Shown: piece after piece, positions 35,649-44,369 of the stretch
Numbering within the stretch: the first letter of the stretch is position 1
How the letters are laid out: every line of letters starts with the position of its first letter
Source: Vicinamibacterales bacterium
Lineage (GTDB): Bacteria > Acidobacteriota > Vicinamibacteria > Vicinamibacterales > 2-12-FULL-66-21
Direction of reading: 5' to 3'
NCBI GenBank assembly: GCA_036496585.1
Contig: DASXLB010000068.1
Span: forward strand, 10,781 to 74,780
DNA: 64,000 bases
Program-made: the position numbers and the translations under genes
The notes under the pieces: model-generated
Database searches by the model: none
The model's input: only the letters and a program-made list of their open reading frames with translations
What the model was told of the DNA's origin: nothing

Positions 35649-36401
35649 ATGCCGGCACGACTTCCGTTCATCTTCGCGGCGCTGGTTTTCTGCGCCGCCT
35701 GCGGCTCCTCGGCGACGGCGCCGACGACCATCACTCCCACGAGTACCTCGTCGACGAATCTGTTTCAGGGCACGCTCGATCGCGGCGGGACCGCGACGCA
35801 GACCTACACCGCGCAGATCGCCGGGCCGGTCAGGCTGACGCTCGCCAACGTCTCCGTCGATCCCCATCAGCCGCTCGCGCAGGCGCTGACCATCGCGGTG
35901 GGCACGAGCGACTGCACCGCGTCGACGACCGGGCGCGTCGTTCCCGCGTTGACCGCGCAAGTGAGCGGCACCGTCGCCGCGGGCACGTTCTGCGTGATCG
36001 TGTCCGATCCCGATTCGCGCCTCACCCAGTCGGTCAACTTCAGCGTCGAGGTGACGATCGGCTCGCCGTCGGCGATCGCGACGGCGGCGGGGACGTCGAT
36101 CTGGGCCACGAACCTCGGTCTAGGCACGAACGCCTCGGCATCGAGGCTGATTCCGACCTTCGGCGCGGGCACCCTCAAGGTGTCGCTCGATTCGCTGTCG
36201 TCGGGTGGCGGACAACTGGGCATGGGGCTCGGAATCCCCGGCCCGTCCGGCGTCGGCTGCGTGCCTGCGCAGGTGGCGGTCGGCGGCGCCGCGACGACGC
36301 TCTCGGCGGCCGTCGACTCGGGAGTCTACTGCGTGGAGGTCCACACCGTCGGGCAGACGCCTGGACTGGTCGGTTTCTCGACGACGATTTCTTACCCATA
36401 G
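35649..36401 (+). CDS. secreted/lipoprotein-like protein with two Cys-pair beta-sandwich-like halves
   Basis: ATG 35649 gives MPARLPFIFAALVFCAACGSS. Two similar ~110-aa halves, each with a Cys pair. Family not recognised. Confidence 0.65.
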   Translation: MPARLPFIFAALVFCAACGSSATAPTTITPTSTSSTNLFQGTLDRGGTATQTYTAQIAGPVRLTLANVSVDPHQPLAQALTIAVGTSDCTASTTGRVVPALTAQVSGTVAAGTFCVIVSDPDSRLTQSVNFSVEVTIGSPSAIATAAGTSIWATNLGLGTNASASRLIPTFGAGTLKVSLDSLSSGGGQLGMGLGIPGPSGVGCVPAQVAVGGAATTLSAAVDSGVYCVEVHTVGQTPGLVGFSTTISYP

Positions 36402-36515
36402 TCCGTCCTGAGCGCCGGCACGGAGAAGCGGCGCCGACTCGTGAATGGCCCTCGCCACGACATGCGCTGGATGGGGTTCCGCGGCGGCCGGATTGGGGTA
36501 AGGTAGCAACTAGAA

Positions 36516-37127
36516 ATGTCTGACAAAGACGATCGGCCAGGCGGCGTCAGCCGCCGGAACTTCCTCAAATCCACCGGCGTTGCGGGAGTGGCCGCGACGA
36601 TTATCGCCCCCGCCGCCGGGCTGGCCGCGCAGAGCGGTCCCAAGACGCTCGGCCCCGGCGAGGTGCCGGTGCGCCTCAACGTCAACGGCCGCCAGCTCGA
36701 TCTGATGATCGAGCCGCGGGTCACCTTGCTCGACGCCCTGCGCATGCGCGCGGATCTCACGGGCAACAAGCGCGGCTGCGACCGCGGCGCCTGCGGCGCC
36801 TGCACGATGCTGGTCGACGGCCGTACGGTCTACGCCTGCTCGACGCTGGCAATCGACGTCCAGGGCAAGACGATTCGCAATGTCGACGGCCTGGCGCGCG
36901 ACGGTCAGCTTCACCCCGTGCAGCAGGCGTTCTGCGACAAGGACGCGCTGATGTGCGGCTTCTGCACGCCGGGCTTCGTGATGGCGAGCGTCGGTCTGCT
37001 CGAGAAGCACCCGAATCCGACGCCCGAGCAGATCAAGAAAGGGCTCGACGGCAATATCTGCCGCTGCGGCACGTTCACCCGCATCTTCGAAGCGGTCTCG
37101 AGCGTCAAGGGGGTGCAGCGTGGCTAG
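36516..37127 (+). CDS. TAT-exported [2Fe-2S] small subunit of a xanthine-dehydrogenase-family (Pao-like) oxidoreductase
   Basis: RRNFLKSTGVAGVAA twin-arginine signal. CDRGACGACT and CGFCTPG...CRCG iron-sulfur motifs. Confidence 0.92.
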   Translation: MSDKDDRPGGVSRRNFLKSTGVAGVAATIIAPAAGLAAQSGPKTLGPGEVPVRLNVNGRQLDLMIEPRVTLLDALRMRADLTGNKRGCDRGACGACTMLVDGRTVYACSTLAIDVQGKTIRNVDGLARDGQLHPVQQAFCDKDALMCGFCTPGFVMASVGLLEKHPNPTPEQIKKGLDGNICRCGTFTRIFEAVSSVKGVQRG

Positions 37128-39303
37128 TCGCCAGGGCGGACGCGGCGGCGCGCCACAAGCCCCGCCGGTGGACCCAAAATACAACTGGCCGAAGACGCCG
37201 ACCGTCGTCGGCACGCGAGTCAAACGCCTCGACGGTCCGGACAAGGTGAGCGGCCGCGCGAAGTACACCTTCGACGTCGCTCGCCCAGGCATGCTTTACG
37301 GGCGGATCGTCCGTTCCCCGTATCCGCACGCGCGCGTCACCGGCGTCGATCTGTCGGGCGCCCAGAAGGTGAAGGGGTTCAAGTCCGCGCTGATCGTCCG
37401 CGACCCGAAGGACGACAAGGCGAACACGGTGATGTACCAGGGGGACGAGGTGGCGGCGGTGGTTGCCGACACCGAGGAGCACGCAATCGACGCGGCGCGA
37501 GCCGTCAAGGTGGAGTACGAGGTGCTGCCGGCGGTGATCAGCGTCGACGCGGCGCTGGCCGGCAACGCGCCGGCGGTGTTCACCGGCGGCAACGTCCGCC
37601 AGGGGCAGACGCAGGAGTCGGGAGACCTGGCGGCCGGCTTCAAGTCCGCCGCGTTCACGCTCGACCAGACGTATTCGACGCACATCATCACGCACGTGTG
37701 CATGGAGTCGCACGGCACCGTCTGCGAGTGGGATGGCGACAAGCTGACCGCCTGGGTGACGACCCAGGGCGTCAATTCGGCGCGCGAGAACCTGGCGACC
37801 GGTCTCGGGATTCCGCAGACCAACGTCCGCGTCATCTGTCAGTACATGGGCGGCGGCTTCGGCAGCAAGCTGCAGCTGGGCGCCGAAGGGTTGATCTGCG
37901 CGCGTCTCGCCAAGCAGGCCGGCACGCCCGTCAAGCTCATGCTCGACCGGAAGGAAGAGCACCTCGTCACCGGCAACCGTCCGTCGGCGGCGGCCCGCGT
38001 CAAGGCAGGCGTTGCGGCCGACGGCACCATCACCGCGTTCGACGGCGAATCGTGGGGGACCGGCGGCGCCGGAGCGGGAGCGGGCTTCCCTCTCCCGTAC
38101 ATCTATCAAATCGCCAATCGACGACGCGCACACAAGGACGTCTTCATCAATACCGGCCAGCAGCGCCCGATGCGCGCCCCCGGCCATCCGCAGGGATCGT
38201 TCATCACCGAGATCATGATGGACGAGCTCGCGGATCTCGTGAAGATGGATCCGGTCGAGTTCCGCCTCAAGAACCTGCCGCCGGAAGCGCCGAACGCGAT
38301 GTGGCGCAGCTATCTGAAGGAGGGTGCCGAGGCGTTTGGCTGGAGCAAGCGGCACCCGACTGGCGATCCGGCGCCCGGGTCGATCAAACGCGGCATGGGC
38401 GTCGCGATCGGCACCTGGGGCGGCGGCGGACGCGGGCCGTCGCTGGCTCACTGCGAGATCGCGTCGGACGGCAGCGTGACGATGCGCGTCGGCACGCAGG
38501 ATATCGGTACGGGCACGCGAACGGTGGTCGCGATGGTGACGGCCGACGCACTGGGGCTGCAGCCCTCACAGGTGACGCCGCAGATCGGTGACACGCAGTA
38601 CGGCGTGAGCGGCGGGTCGGGCGGCAGTACCACCGCGGCGAGCACGACTCCCGGAATCCGCATCGCCGCGCTGAAAGCGCTCGCCGCGCTGAAGGAGAAG
38701 TTGGCACCCGAGCTCGGCACCGGCGCCGACGCGCTCGTCGCCGAGGGCGGACGCATCCACGTGGCTGGCGATTCGTCCAAGGGCATGTCCTGGGCCGACG
38801 CCTGCAAACGGATCGGCCCGCAGCCGATCTCGACAGAAGCCGACTGGCAGCCCGGCATGACCTCGGTGACGACGTCGGGCGTGCAGTTCGCCGAGGCGAC
38901 CGTCGACGTCAAGACGGGCATCGTTCACGCCACCCGCGTGCTGGTGATCCAGGATTGCGGGCTCGTGCTGAACCAGCTCACCGCCGAAAGCCAGGTCTAC
39001 GGGGGCGTGATCGGCTCGTTGAACTTCGCGCTGTTCGAGGATCGCATTCTCGACAAGGTCACCGGGCAGATGGTCAACCCGAACATGGAGTGGTATCTGC
39101 TCGCCGGGATGTCGGACGTCCCGCCGATCGACGTCCGTCTCAAGAACATGCCGGAACGCGGGGTCGTCGGTCTTGGCGAGCCGCCGACCGTGCCGACCGC
39201 GGCCGCCGTCGCGCTGGCCGTCCGCAACGCCATCGGCGTGACGGTGCGCAGCCTGCCGCTGACGCCGGCGAAGATTCTCCAGACGCTCCAGCAGAAAGCG
39301 TAG
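37120..39303 (+). CDS. molybdopterin-binding large subunit of a xanthine-dehydrogenase-family oxidoreductase
   Basis: GTG 37120 lies 6 nt after AGGGGG. 727 aa with QYMGGGFGSK and a further aldehyde-oxidase/XDH family pattern. Confidence 0.92.
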   Translation: MASRQGGRGGAPQAPPVDPKYNWPKTPTVVGTRVKRLDGPDKVSGRAKYTFDVARPGMLYGRIVRSPYPHARVTGVDLSGAQKVKGFKSALIVRDPKDDKANTVMYQGDEVAAVVADTEEHAIDAARAVKVEYEVLPAVISVDAALAGNAPAVFTGGNVRQGQTQESGDLAAGFKSAAFTLDQTYSTHIITHVCMESHGTVCEWDGDKLTAWVTTQGVNSARENLATGLGIPQTNVRVICQYMGGGFGSKLQLGAEGLICARLAKQAGTPVKLMLDRKEEHLVTGNRPSAAARVKAGVAADGTITAFDGESWGTGGAGAGAGFPLPYIYQIANRRRAHKDVFINTGQQRPMRAPGHPQGSFITEIMMDELADLVKMDPVEFRLKNLPPEAPNAMWRSYLKEGAEAFGWSKRHPTGDPAPGSIKRGMGVAIGTWGGGGRGPSLAHCEIASDGSVTMRVGTQDIGTGTRTVVAMVTADALGLQPSQVTPQIGDTQYGVSGGSGGSTTAASTTPGIRIAALKALAALKEKLAPELGTGADALVAEGGRIHVAGDSSKGMSWADACKRIGPQPISTEADWQPGMTSVTTSGVQFAEATVDVKTGIVHATRVLVIQDCGLVLNQLTAESQVYGGVIGSLNFALFEDRILDKVTGQMVNPNMEWYLLAGMSDVPPIDVRLKNMPERGVVGLGEPPTVPTAAAVALAVRNAIGVTVRSLPLTPAKILQTLQQKA

Positions 39304-39310
39304 GCCTCGC

Positions 39311-40297
39311 GTGAAACCATTTACGTACGTCAACCCGGCGAACGAGAAAGAAGCGGTTGCGGCGCTTCTGCCGGAACACGAAAAAGCGCTGCCGCTTGCC
39401 GGCGGCCAGGATCTGCTGGCGCGGCTGAAGGACTACGTCACGCAGCCGGATCGCATCGTCAACGTCAAGAACGCGCTCGACTCGACGGTGGTCGCCAACA
39501 ACGGCGGGCTCAAGATCGGCGCGGCGATGAGGATGGTCGACGTCGCCGAGCACGCCGACATCGGCCGGCTGTATCCGGCGGTCGCGGCGGCGGCGATTGA
39601 AGTCGGCACGCCGCAGATCCGCAACCAGGGCACCGTCGGCGGCAACCTGAATCAGCGCCCGCGCTGCTGGTACTTCAGGAACGAGGAGTTCGTCTGCTTC
39701 AAGAAGGGGGGCAACACCTGCTTCTCGCCGGCGGGGGAGAACCAGTTCCACGCCATTTTCGGCGGCGGGCCAACCTACATCGTGCACCCATCCAGCCTCG
39801 CCGTGCCGTTCGTGGCGTACGGCGCGACGTTCCGCGTGCTGGGCCCGAAGGGGGAGCGCCTGGTGCCGGCGGCCGAATACTTCACGATGCCGTCGTTGCA
39901 GAACATTCAGCGCGAAAACGTGCTGCAGCCAGACGAGCTGCTGACCCACGTGATGCTGCCGGCGCCAGGCAGCGTCAAGAGCGGCCACTATGAAGTCCGC
40001 TATAAGGCGTCGCACGACTGGCCGATCGCGTTCGCGACCGTGCTGCTGACGATGAGCGGATCGACGGTGCAGGGCGCACGGGTCGTGATGGGCGCGGTGG
40101 CGCCGGTGCCGTGGCGGTCGCAGGCCGCGGAGCAGGCGCTCGCCGGCAAGACGATCACGCCGGAGGTCGCCGTCGCGGCGGCCGACGCGGCGCTGCGCGG
40201 CGCGACCCCGCTCAGCCAGAACGCCTACAAAATTCAAGTCGCCAAGACAGCCGTCGAGCGCGCGATCCTGCACGCCGCCGGCTTGCCGATCGTGTGA
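39311..40297 (+). CDS. FAD-binding (CO-dehydrogenase flavoprotein-like) medium subunit
   Basis: PLAGGQDLLARLKD and IRNQGTVGGNLNQ are FAD-binding PCMH motifs. Confidence 0.9.
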   Translation: MKPFTYVNPANEKEAVAALLPEHEKALPLAGGQDLLARLKDYVTQPDRIVNVKNALDSTVVANNGGLKIGAAMRMVDVAEHADIGRLYPAVAAAAIEVGTPQIRNQGTVGGNLNQRPRCWYFRNEEFVCFKKGGNTCFSPAGENQFHAIFGGGPTYIVHPSSLAVPFVAYGATFRVLGPKGERLVPAAEYFTMPSLQNIQRENVLQPDELLTHVMLPAPGSVKSGHYEVRYKASHDWPIAFATVLLTMSGSTVQGARVVMGAVAPVPWRSQAAEQALAGKTITPEVAVAAADAALRGATPLSQNAYKIQVAKTAVERAILHAAGLPIV

Positions 40298-40309
40298 GGT
40301 GACCCGTCC

Positions 40310-40537
40310 ATGGAATCGCTGACCTCGCCGAAGACGACCGTTGGGGTGCACTGCCTCAGGCTCCGCACCAAGAGCATGTACCTAAACGCCGTAGTGGACC
40401 CCGCGGAGCGGACGTTCTACGATAGTTATGATCAGACGGCCTGGTGGTGTGTGTTGACCCAGACCGGACTCGGACCCGACCGGCAGCCCGTCGGACCGGA
40501 CCGGTGCCGCGACGGGCGGGATTGCTGCTGTCTGTAG
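40310..40537 (+). CDS. 75-aa Cys-rich hypothetical protein coupled to the molybdoenzyme operon
   Basis: GAGGTGA SD overlaps the upstream stop, 7 nt before ATG 40310. Six Cys residues, including the C-terminal ...CRDGRDCCCL. Confidence 0.5.
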   Translation: MESLTSPKTTVGVHCLRLRTKSMYLNAVVDPAERTFYDSYDQTAWWCVLTQTGLGPDRQPVGPDRCRDGRDCCCL

Positions 40538-40584
40538 CCCGTATCGTTGGAAGCCGGAGCGTCAGCTCCGGTGGAGATGCGCCC

Positions 40585-41244
40585 ATGAAGAAGACCATCC
40601 TTTCTGTCGCAGCCCTCTCGAGCCTGATGTTCGCGCCGCTCGCCGCCAAACCGGCGTCGGTCACCGGCACCTACGTCGAAGCACGGACGGCGGAGGTGTT
40701 CGCCGGCGCGTGCGTCATGAACGGCGAAGCGGCCACTACGGGACGCGAAGCGCTGCTGGCCTGGAAGGTCGACAAGGGGCAGCTGAACGGCGTCTCGCTC
40801 GACGGCCTCGCGGTCGTCGCGGCGCTGGCGGCCGACAACAACCTCGGCATCCATGAGATCGGCGGCGAGCCGACTGTTGCGCGGGCCGCGCTCTATATCG
40901 ACGCCCGTGCGACGCCGGCGCAGCGCAAGGCGCTCGTGTCGATGGTGCGGTCCCTCTCAGGGAACCTGATCGGCAGCGTCGTCCAGGAGAGCGTGGCGCC
41001 GATTGCGTTCGTCGACAGCGGCCACGAAATCAGCGTGTCGACCGACTCGGTCCGCCTGGCGGTGCAGAAGCACCTCAGCCACGAGGCAAGCTGCGGCAAC
41101 AAGCAGTGGTTCAATCCGCTGACGGCCGTCGATCATGCCGAGATGGGCACCACCGACGAGAACGCGTTCAGCGGCCCCGCGCTCTGCACGAAGTGGAGCG
41201 ACCCCAACAAGCGCTCCTCGTTCTTCGGGACGTTCGCGTACTAG
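40585..41244 (+). CDS. secreted DUF1326-family protein
   Basis: ATG 40585 follows GGTGGAG. Signal peptide MKKTILSVAALSSLMFAPLAA. GTYVEARTAEVFAGAC...CGNKQWFNPL pattern. Upstream codons of ORF 40444 are rejected. Confidence 0.8.
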   Translation: MKKTILSVAALSSLMFAPLAAKPASVTGTYVEARTAEVFAGACVMNGEAATTGREALLAWKVDKGQLNGVSLDGLAVVAALAADNNLGIHEIGGEPTVARAALYIDARATPAQRKALVSMVRSLSGNLIGSVVQESVAPIAFVDSGHEISVSTDSVRLAVQKHLSHEASCGNKQWFNPLTAVDHAEMGTTDENAFSGPALCTKWSDPNKRSSFFGTFAY

Positions 41245-41267
41245 ACGGGCGGGCTCTCCGGAAGCCG

Positions 41268-42536
41268 TCAGGACGCTCTCGATATCGGCGCCTGGCCGAG
41301 TTTCCTCACCTGATCGCGCACCAGGCGCCCGACGCGCTCGATTTCTCGGTCGGAGAGCGACTCGTAGACCGGCACCTGCACGGCCGTCGACGCCTGGTCG
41401 GCCCCCGGCATCGCCGCCCCCTTCCAGTCGAACAGTTCCATCCTCGTGCACACGTCGACGTGCATCGGCGCGACGTCGACGCCGCGGCGGATGCAGCGCT
41501 TCACGATCGTCGCCGGCTCCGGCACGTAGGGGCAGTACTGGTAATAGACGTGCGTCCGTCCCTCCGGAGTCGTCGGGATGGTGACGCCCGGCGTGTCGCC
41601 GAGAATCCCGTCGAGCATGCGCGCGTGCCGGCGGGTACGCTCGATGAACTCGGGCAGTTGCTTCAGCCCGGCGCGTCCCATTGCCGCCTGCACGTTGGTG
41701 AAGCGGCCGCGGTATTTGTCCGGGAGCGGAGTGAGCGGGCGGACGCCTTCCCACAGGCGCTCTTCGGGCTTGCCGCCCGTGTAAGAGGCGAAGAGCCAGA
41801 TCGGATAGAGCGAATAGGTGAACACCTTCGGGCGGATGAACGTGTGCTGCCACTTGCCCGACGACAGGATGCTCTCGACGCGCTTCTCGTCCGGCCACTG
41901 CTCGGCGTCGGCGAACTCGGCGACCTTTTTCGCGACGCCGGCGTCGCGCACCCAGGACAGGCCTCCGCCGTAGGTGTTGAGCGGCTTGAACGCCTGGAAG
42001 CTGAAGAAGCTGCCGTCCCCCTGGGTGCCGACCATCTGGCCTTTGTAGGTCGCGCCGAGCGAGTGCGCGCAGTCCTCGACGACCTTCAGGTTATGGCGCC
42101 TGGCGATGTCGAGGATCGGATCCATATCGCAGGCGAGCCCGTACAAGTGCGTCGGGAGTATCGCTACGGTCTTCGGCGTGATCGCCTTTTCGGCGGCCTG
42201 TGGCGAGAGCGTGAACGTCGTCGGATCGACGTCGGCGAACACCGGCGTCAGCCCGGCGGCGCGCGCGATCTCCGGAACCACCCAGAACGTGAAGGCGGGA
42301 ACCACGATTTCGGAGCCGGCGGGGAAGTCGAGCGCCTTGAGGATGAAGTAGAGCGCCATCCGCCCGTACTCGGTCGAGCACGTCTTCACGTGTCCGCCGC
42401 CGAGGAACTGCGCGAACTCCTGTTCGAAGGCCTCGATGTGCGGCCCCTGCACGAGCTGCTTTCTGTCGCGGCAGTCCTGGAAGATCCTGCTCAATCCCGG
42501 CACCACCCTGGTGCCGAACCGTCCGATTGCGTGCAT
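41268..42536 (-). CDS. DegT/DnrJ/EryC1/StrS-family aminotransferase
   Basis: ...QGPHIEAFEQEFAQFLG..., AILPTHLYG, FSFQAFKPL (PLP-Lys region). Start is ATG 42536 or GTG 42539. Confidence 0.9.
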   Translation of the reverse strand: MHAIGRFGTRVVPGLSRIFQDCRDRKQLVQGPHIEAFEQEFAQFLGGGHVKTCSTEYGRMALYFILKALDFPAGSEIVVPAFTFWVVPEIARAAGLTPVFADVDPTTFTLSPQAAEKAITPKTVAILPTHLYGLACDMDPILDIARRHNLKVVEDCAHSLGATYKGQMVGTQGDGSFFSFQAFKPLNTYGGGLSWVRDAGVAKKVAEFADAEQWPDEKRVESILSSGKWQHTFIRPKVFTYSLYPIWLFASYTGGKPEERLWEGVRPLTPLPDKYRGRFTNVQAAMGRAGLKQLPEFIERTRRHARMLDGILGDTPGVTIPTTPEGRTHVYYQYCPYVPEPATIVKRCIRRGVDVAPMHVDVCTRMELFDWKGAAMPGADQASTAVQVPVYESLSDREIERVGRLVRDQVRKLGQAPISRAS

Positions 42537-42542
42537 CACGGC

Positions 42543-42548
42543 AGTATA
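42543..42548 (-). promoter_or_regulatory. -10 box TATACT (minus strand), 6 nt before ATG 42536
   Basis: Plus-strand AGTATA is TATACT on the minus strand. No SD. Confidence 0.4.
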
Positions 42549-42733
42549 TCGCGCGCGGCGCTATGGCTTCGTCGCCTTGAACGGGGTTGCCAACGGCGTC
42601 GCCGTCGCCCCCGGCGCTCGCCGAAGCCGCCTTCGTAGGCAGGTCGAGGCCCTGATGGTTCCAGCGGACGGCGCCAGCCGGACGCGTCGCTGACACGCAG
42701 CCTGGCGACGGCGGCCGGGCTCGCCGCCTCGGA

Positions 42734-42739
42734 TACGAT
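42734..42739 (+). promoter_or_regulatory. -10-like box TACGAT, 7 nt before ATG 42747
   Basis: TACGAT. Gap AGCGCCG has no SD. Confidence 0.4.
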
Positions 42740-42746
42740 AGCGCCG

Positions 42747-44030
42747 ATGTCAGGCTACGACTACGCGTTCGAGATGGCGGCGTCGCAGATCCGTTTCGGC
42801 GCCGGCGTGACCCGCGAGGTCGGCATGGACCTCGCCGAGCTCGGCGCGCGTCGCGTGATGGTCGTGACCGACCCGGGTGTCGCGCGGCTGCCGCCGGTGG
42901 CCGTCGTGCTCGAGTCGCTCGAGGAGAGCGGCATCGACGCCGCTCTGTATGATCGGGTCCGCGTCGAGCCGACCGACGAGTCGTTCCTCAACGCCATCGG
43001 GTTCGCGCGCGCCGACGCCTTCGACGCCTTTGTCGCCGTCGGCGGCGGCTCGGCGCTCGACACCGCGAAGGCGGCCAACCTCTACAGCACCTATCCGCCG
43101 GATGACTTCCTCGATTACGTCAACCCGCCGATTGGCGGCGGCCTCCCGGTGCCAGGGCCGCTCAAGCCGCTCATGGCGATTCCGACGACGGCCGGGACGG
43201 GCAGCGAAACCACCGGCGTGGCGATCTTCGATCTGACGCGCCTCGGGGCGAAGACCGGCATCGCCAGCCGGCGCCTCAAGCCGACGCTCGGCTATCTCGA
43301 TCCCGACAGCACGCGGACGCTGCCCGCGGCGGTCGCGGCGGCGAGTGGTCTCGACGTGCTGAGCCACGCGATCGAGTCCTACACCGCGGCGCCCTACGAC
43401 ACCCGGCCGCGCCCGGCGCGTCCGGCGCTGCGTCCGGCGTATCAGGGATCCAACCCGATCAGCGACGTCTGGGCGCTGGAGGCCCTGCGCATCGTCGATC
43501 GCTATCTGGTGCGAGCCGTGGACGATCCCGCGGACGCTGAGGCGCGCGCGCAGATGCTGCTGGCGGCGTCGTACGCGGGCGTCGGTTTCGGCAACGCCGG
43601 CGTCCATCTGCCGCACGGCATGTCGTACCCGGTCTCGGGCCACGTGAAGACGTTTCGCGCGCCCGGCTACGTCGTCGATCACCCGTTGGTGCCGCACGGC
43701 ATGTCGGTGATCCTCAACGCGCCGGCGGTGTTCCGCTTCACCGCGTCGGTCAATCCGGGCCGCCACCTCGCGGCGGCCGCCGCGCTCGGCTGCGACGTCT
43801 CACGCGCGCACGAGGCGGACGCCGGCCGCATCCTGTCGGATCGTCTCGTCTGGTTCATGCAGAAGCTGAAGATGCCGAACGGTCTCTCGGCGATCGGCTA
43901 CGCGGCGGCCGACATTCCCGCGCTCGTCGAGGGAACGCTGCCGCAGCACCGGGTGACGAAGCTGTCGCCGCGGCCCGCCTCGGCCGACGATCTGGCCGCC
44001 CTGTTCGACGCCTCGATGACCTGCTGGTAG
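42747..44030 (+). CDS. iron-containing alcohol dehydrogenase (hydroxyacid-oxoacid transhydrogenase-like)
   Basis: FEMAASQIRFGAGV..., VAVGGGSALDTAKA, His-rich metal-site region (LSHAIES, GVHLPHGMS). Confidence 0.9.
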   Translation: MSGYDYAFEMAASQIRFGAGVTREVGMDLAELGARRVMVVTDPGVARLPPVAVVLESLEESGIDAALYDRVRVEPTDESFLNAIGFARADAFDAFVAVGGGSALDTAKAANLYSTYPPDDFLDYVNPPIGGGLPVPGPLKPLMAIPTTAGTGSETTGVAIFDLTRLGAKTGIASRRLKPTLGYLDPDSTRTLPAAVAAASGLDVLSHAIESYTAAPYDTRPRPARPALRPAYQGSNPISDVWALEALRIVDRYLVRAVDDPADAEARAQMLLAASYAGVGFGNAGVHLPHGMSYPVSGHVKTFRAPGYVVDHPLVPHGMSVILNAPAVFRFTASVNPGRHLAAAAALGCDVSRAHEADAGRILSDRLVWFMQKLKMPNGLSAIGYAAADIPALVEGTLPQHRVTKLSPRPASADDLAALFDASMTCW

Positions 44031-44040
44031 AGCGGCCCCG

Positions 44041-44084
44041 GGGGTCAGACCGGGGTCAGACCGGGGTCAGACCGGGGTCAGACC
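44041..44084. repeat. four perfect tandem copies of the 11-bp unit GGGGTCAGACC
   Basis: Units at 44041, 44052, 44063 and 44074. Each contains the 9-bp palindrome GGTC-A-GACC. Confidence 0.95.
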
Positions 44085-44369
44085 ACCATGCGATCGCAGG
44101 GGTACGCACAATTGCTCGACACGGAGCGCGACTCGAGCCAGGGCTGAGTCATCAGGGACGACCGTGCCATCGGGCGTGTCGAGCGGAAGATCCACGCGTC
44201 CGTGCGCCGGTCCGACATCTGATTGGATTTGCGCGAAGGCGAACACGCACCGGTAATGGGATCGAGGGCTATTCCATTCGCGCGGCTGTTGAAGAGGTTG
44301 GCGTGGCATGACGACTGCTGTTACCGGCGCGGAGGATCGCGGGTTCAGCAACCGAGGAGACTTCCTGCC

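Noticed and set aside
40444-40584. Upstream extension of the DUF1326 ORF overlapping the Cys-rich mini-ORF
   Set aside because: The extension is Arg-rich and lacks a signal. ATG 40585 has an SD and gives a canonical signal peptide.
44067-44351. 94-aa minus-strand ORF ending inside the 11-bp repeat array
   Set aside because: No SD and no family resemblance. Its stop is supplied by the repeat unit itself, and it lies in what is more plausibly the receptor gene's upstream region.
44085-44369. Riboswitch (for example cobalamin) upstream of the second TonB-dependent receptor; the same was considered for 19009..19241
   Set aside because: No B12-box (GCCACTG-like) or other riboswitch core motif that I can recognise by eye. 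A covariance-model scan would be needed to be sure.
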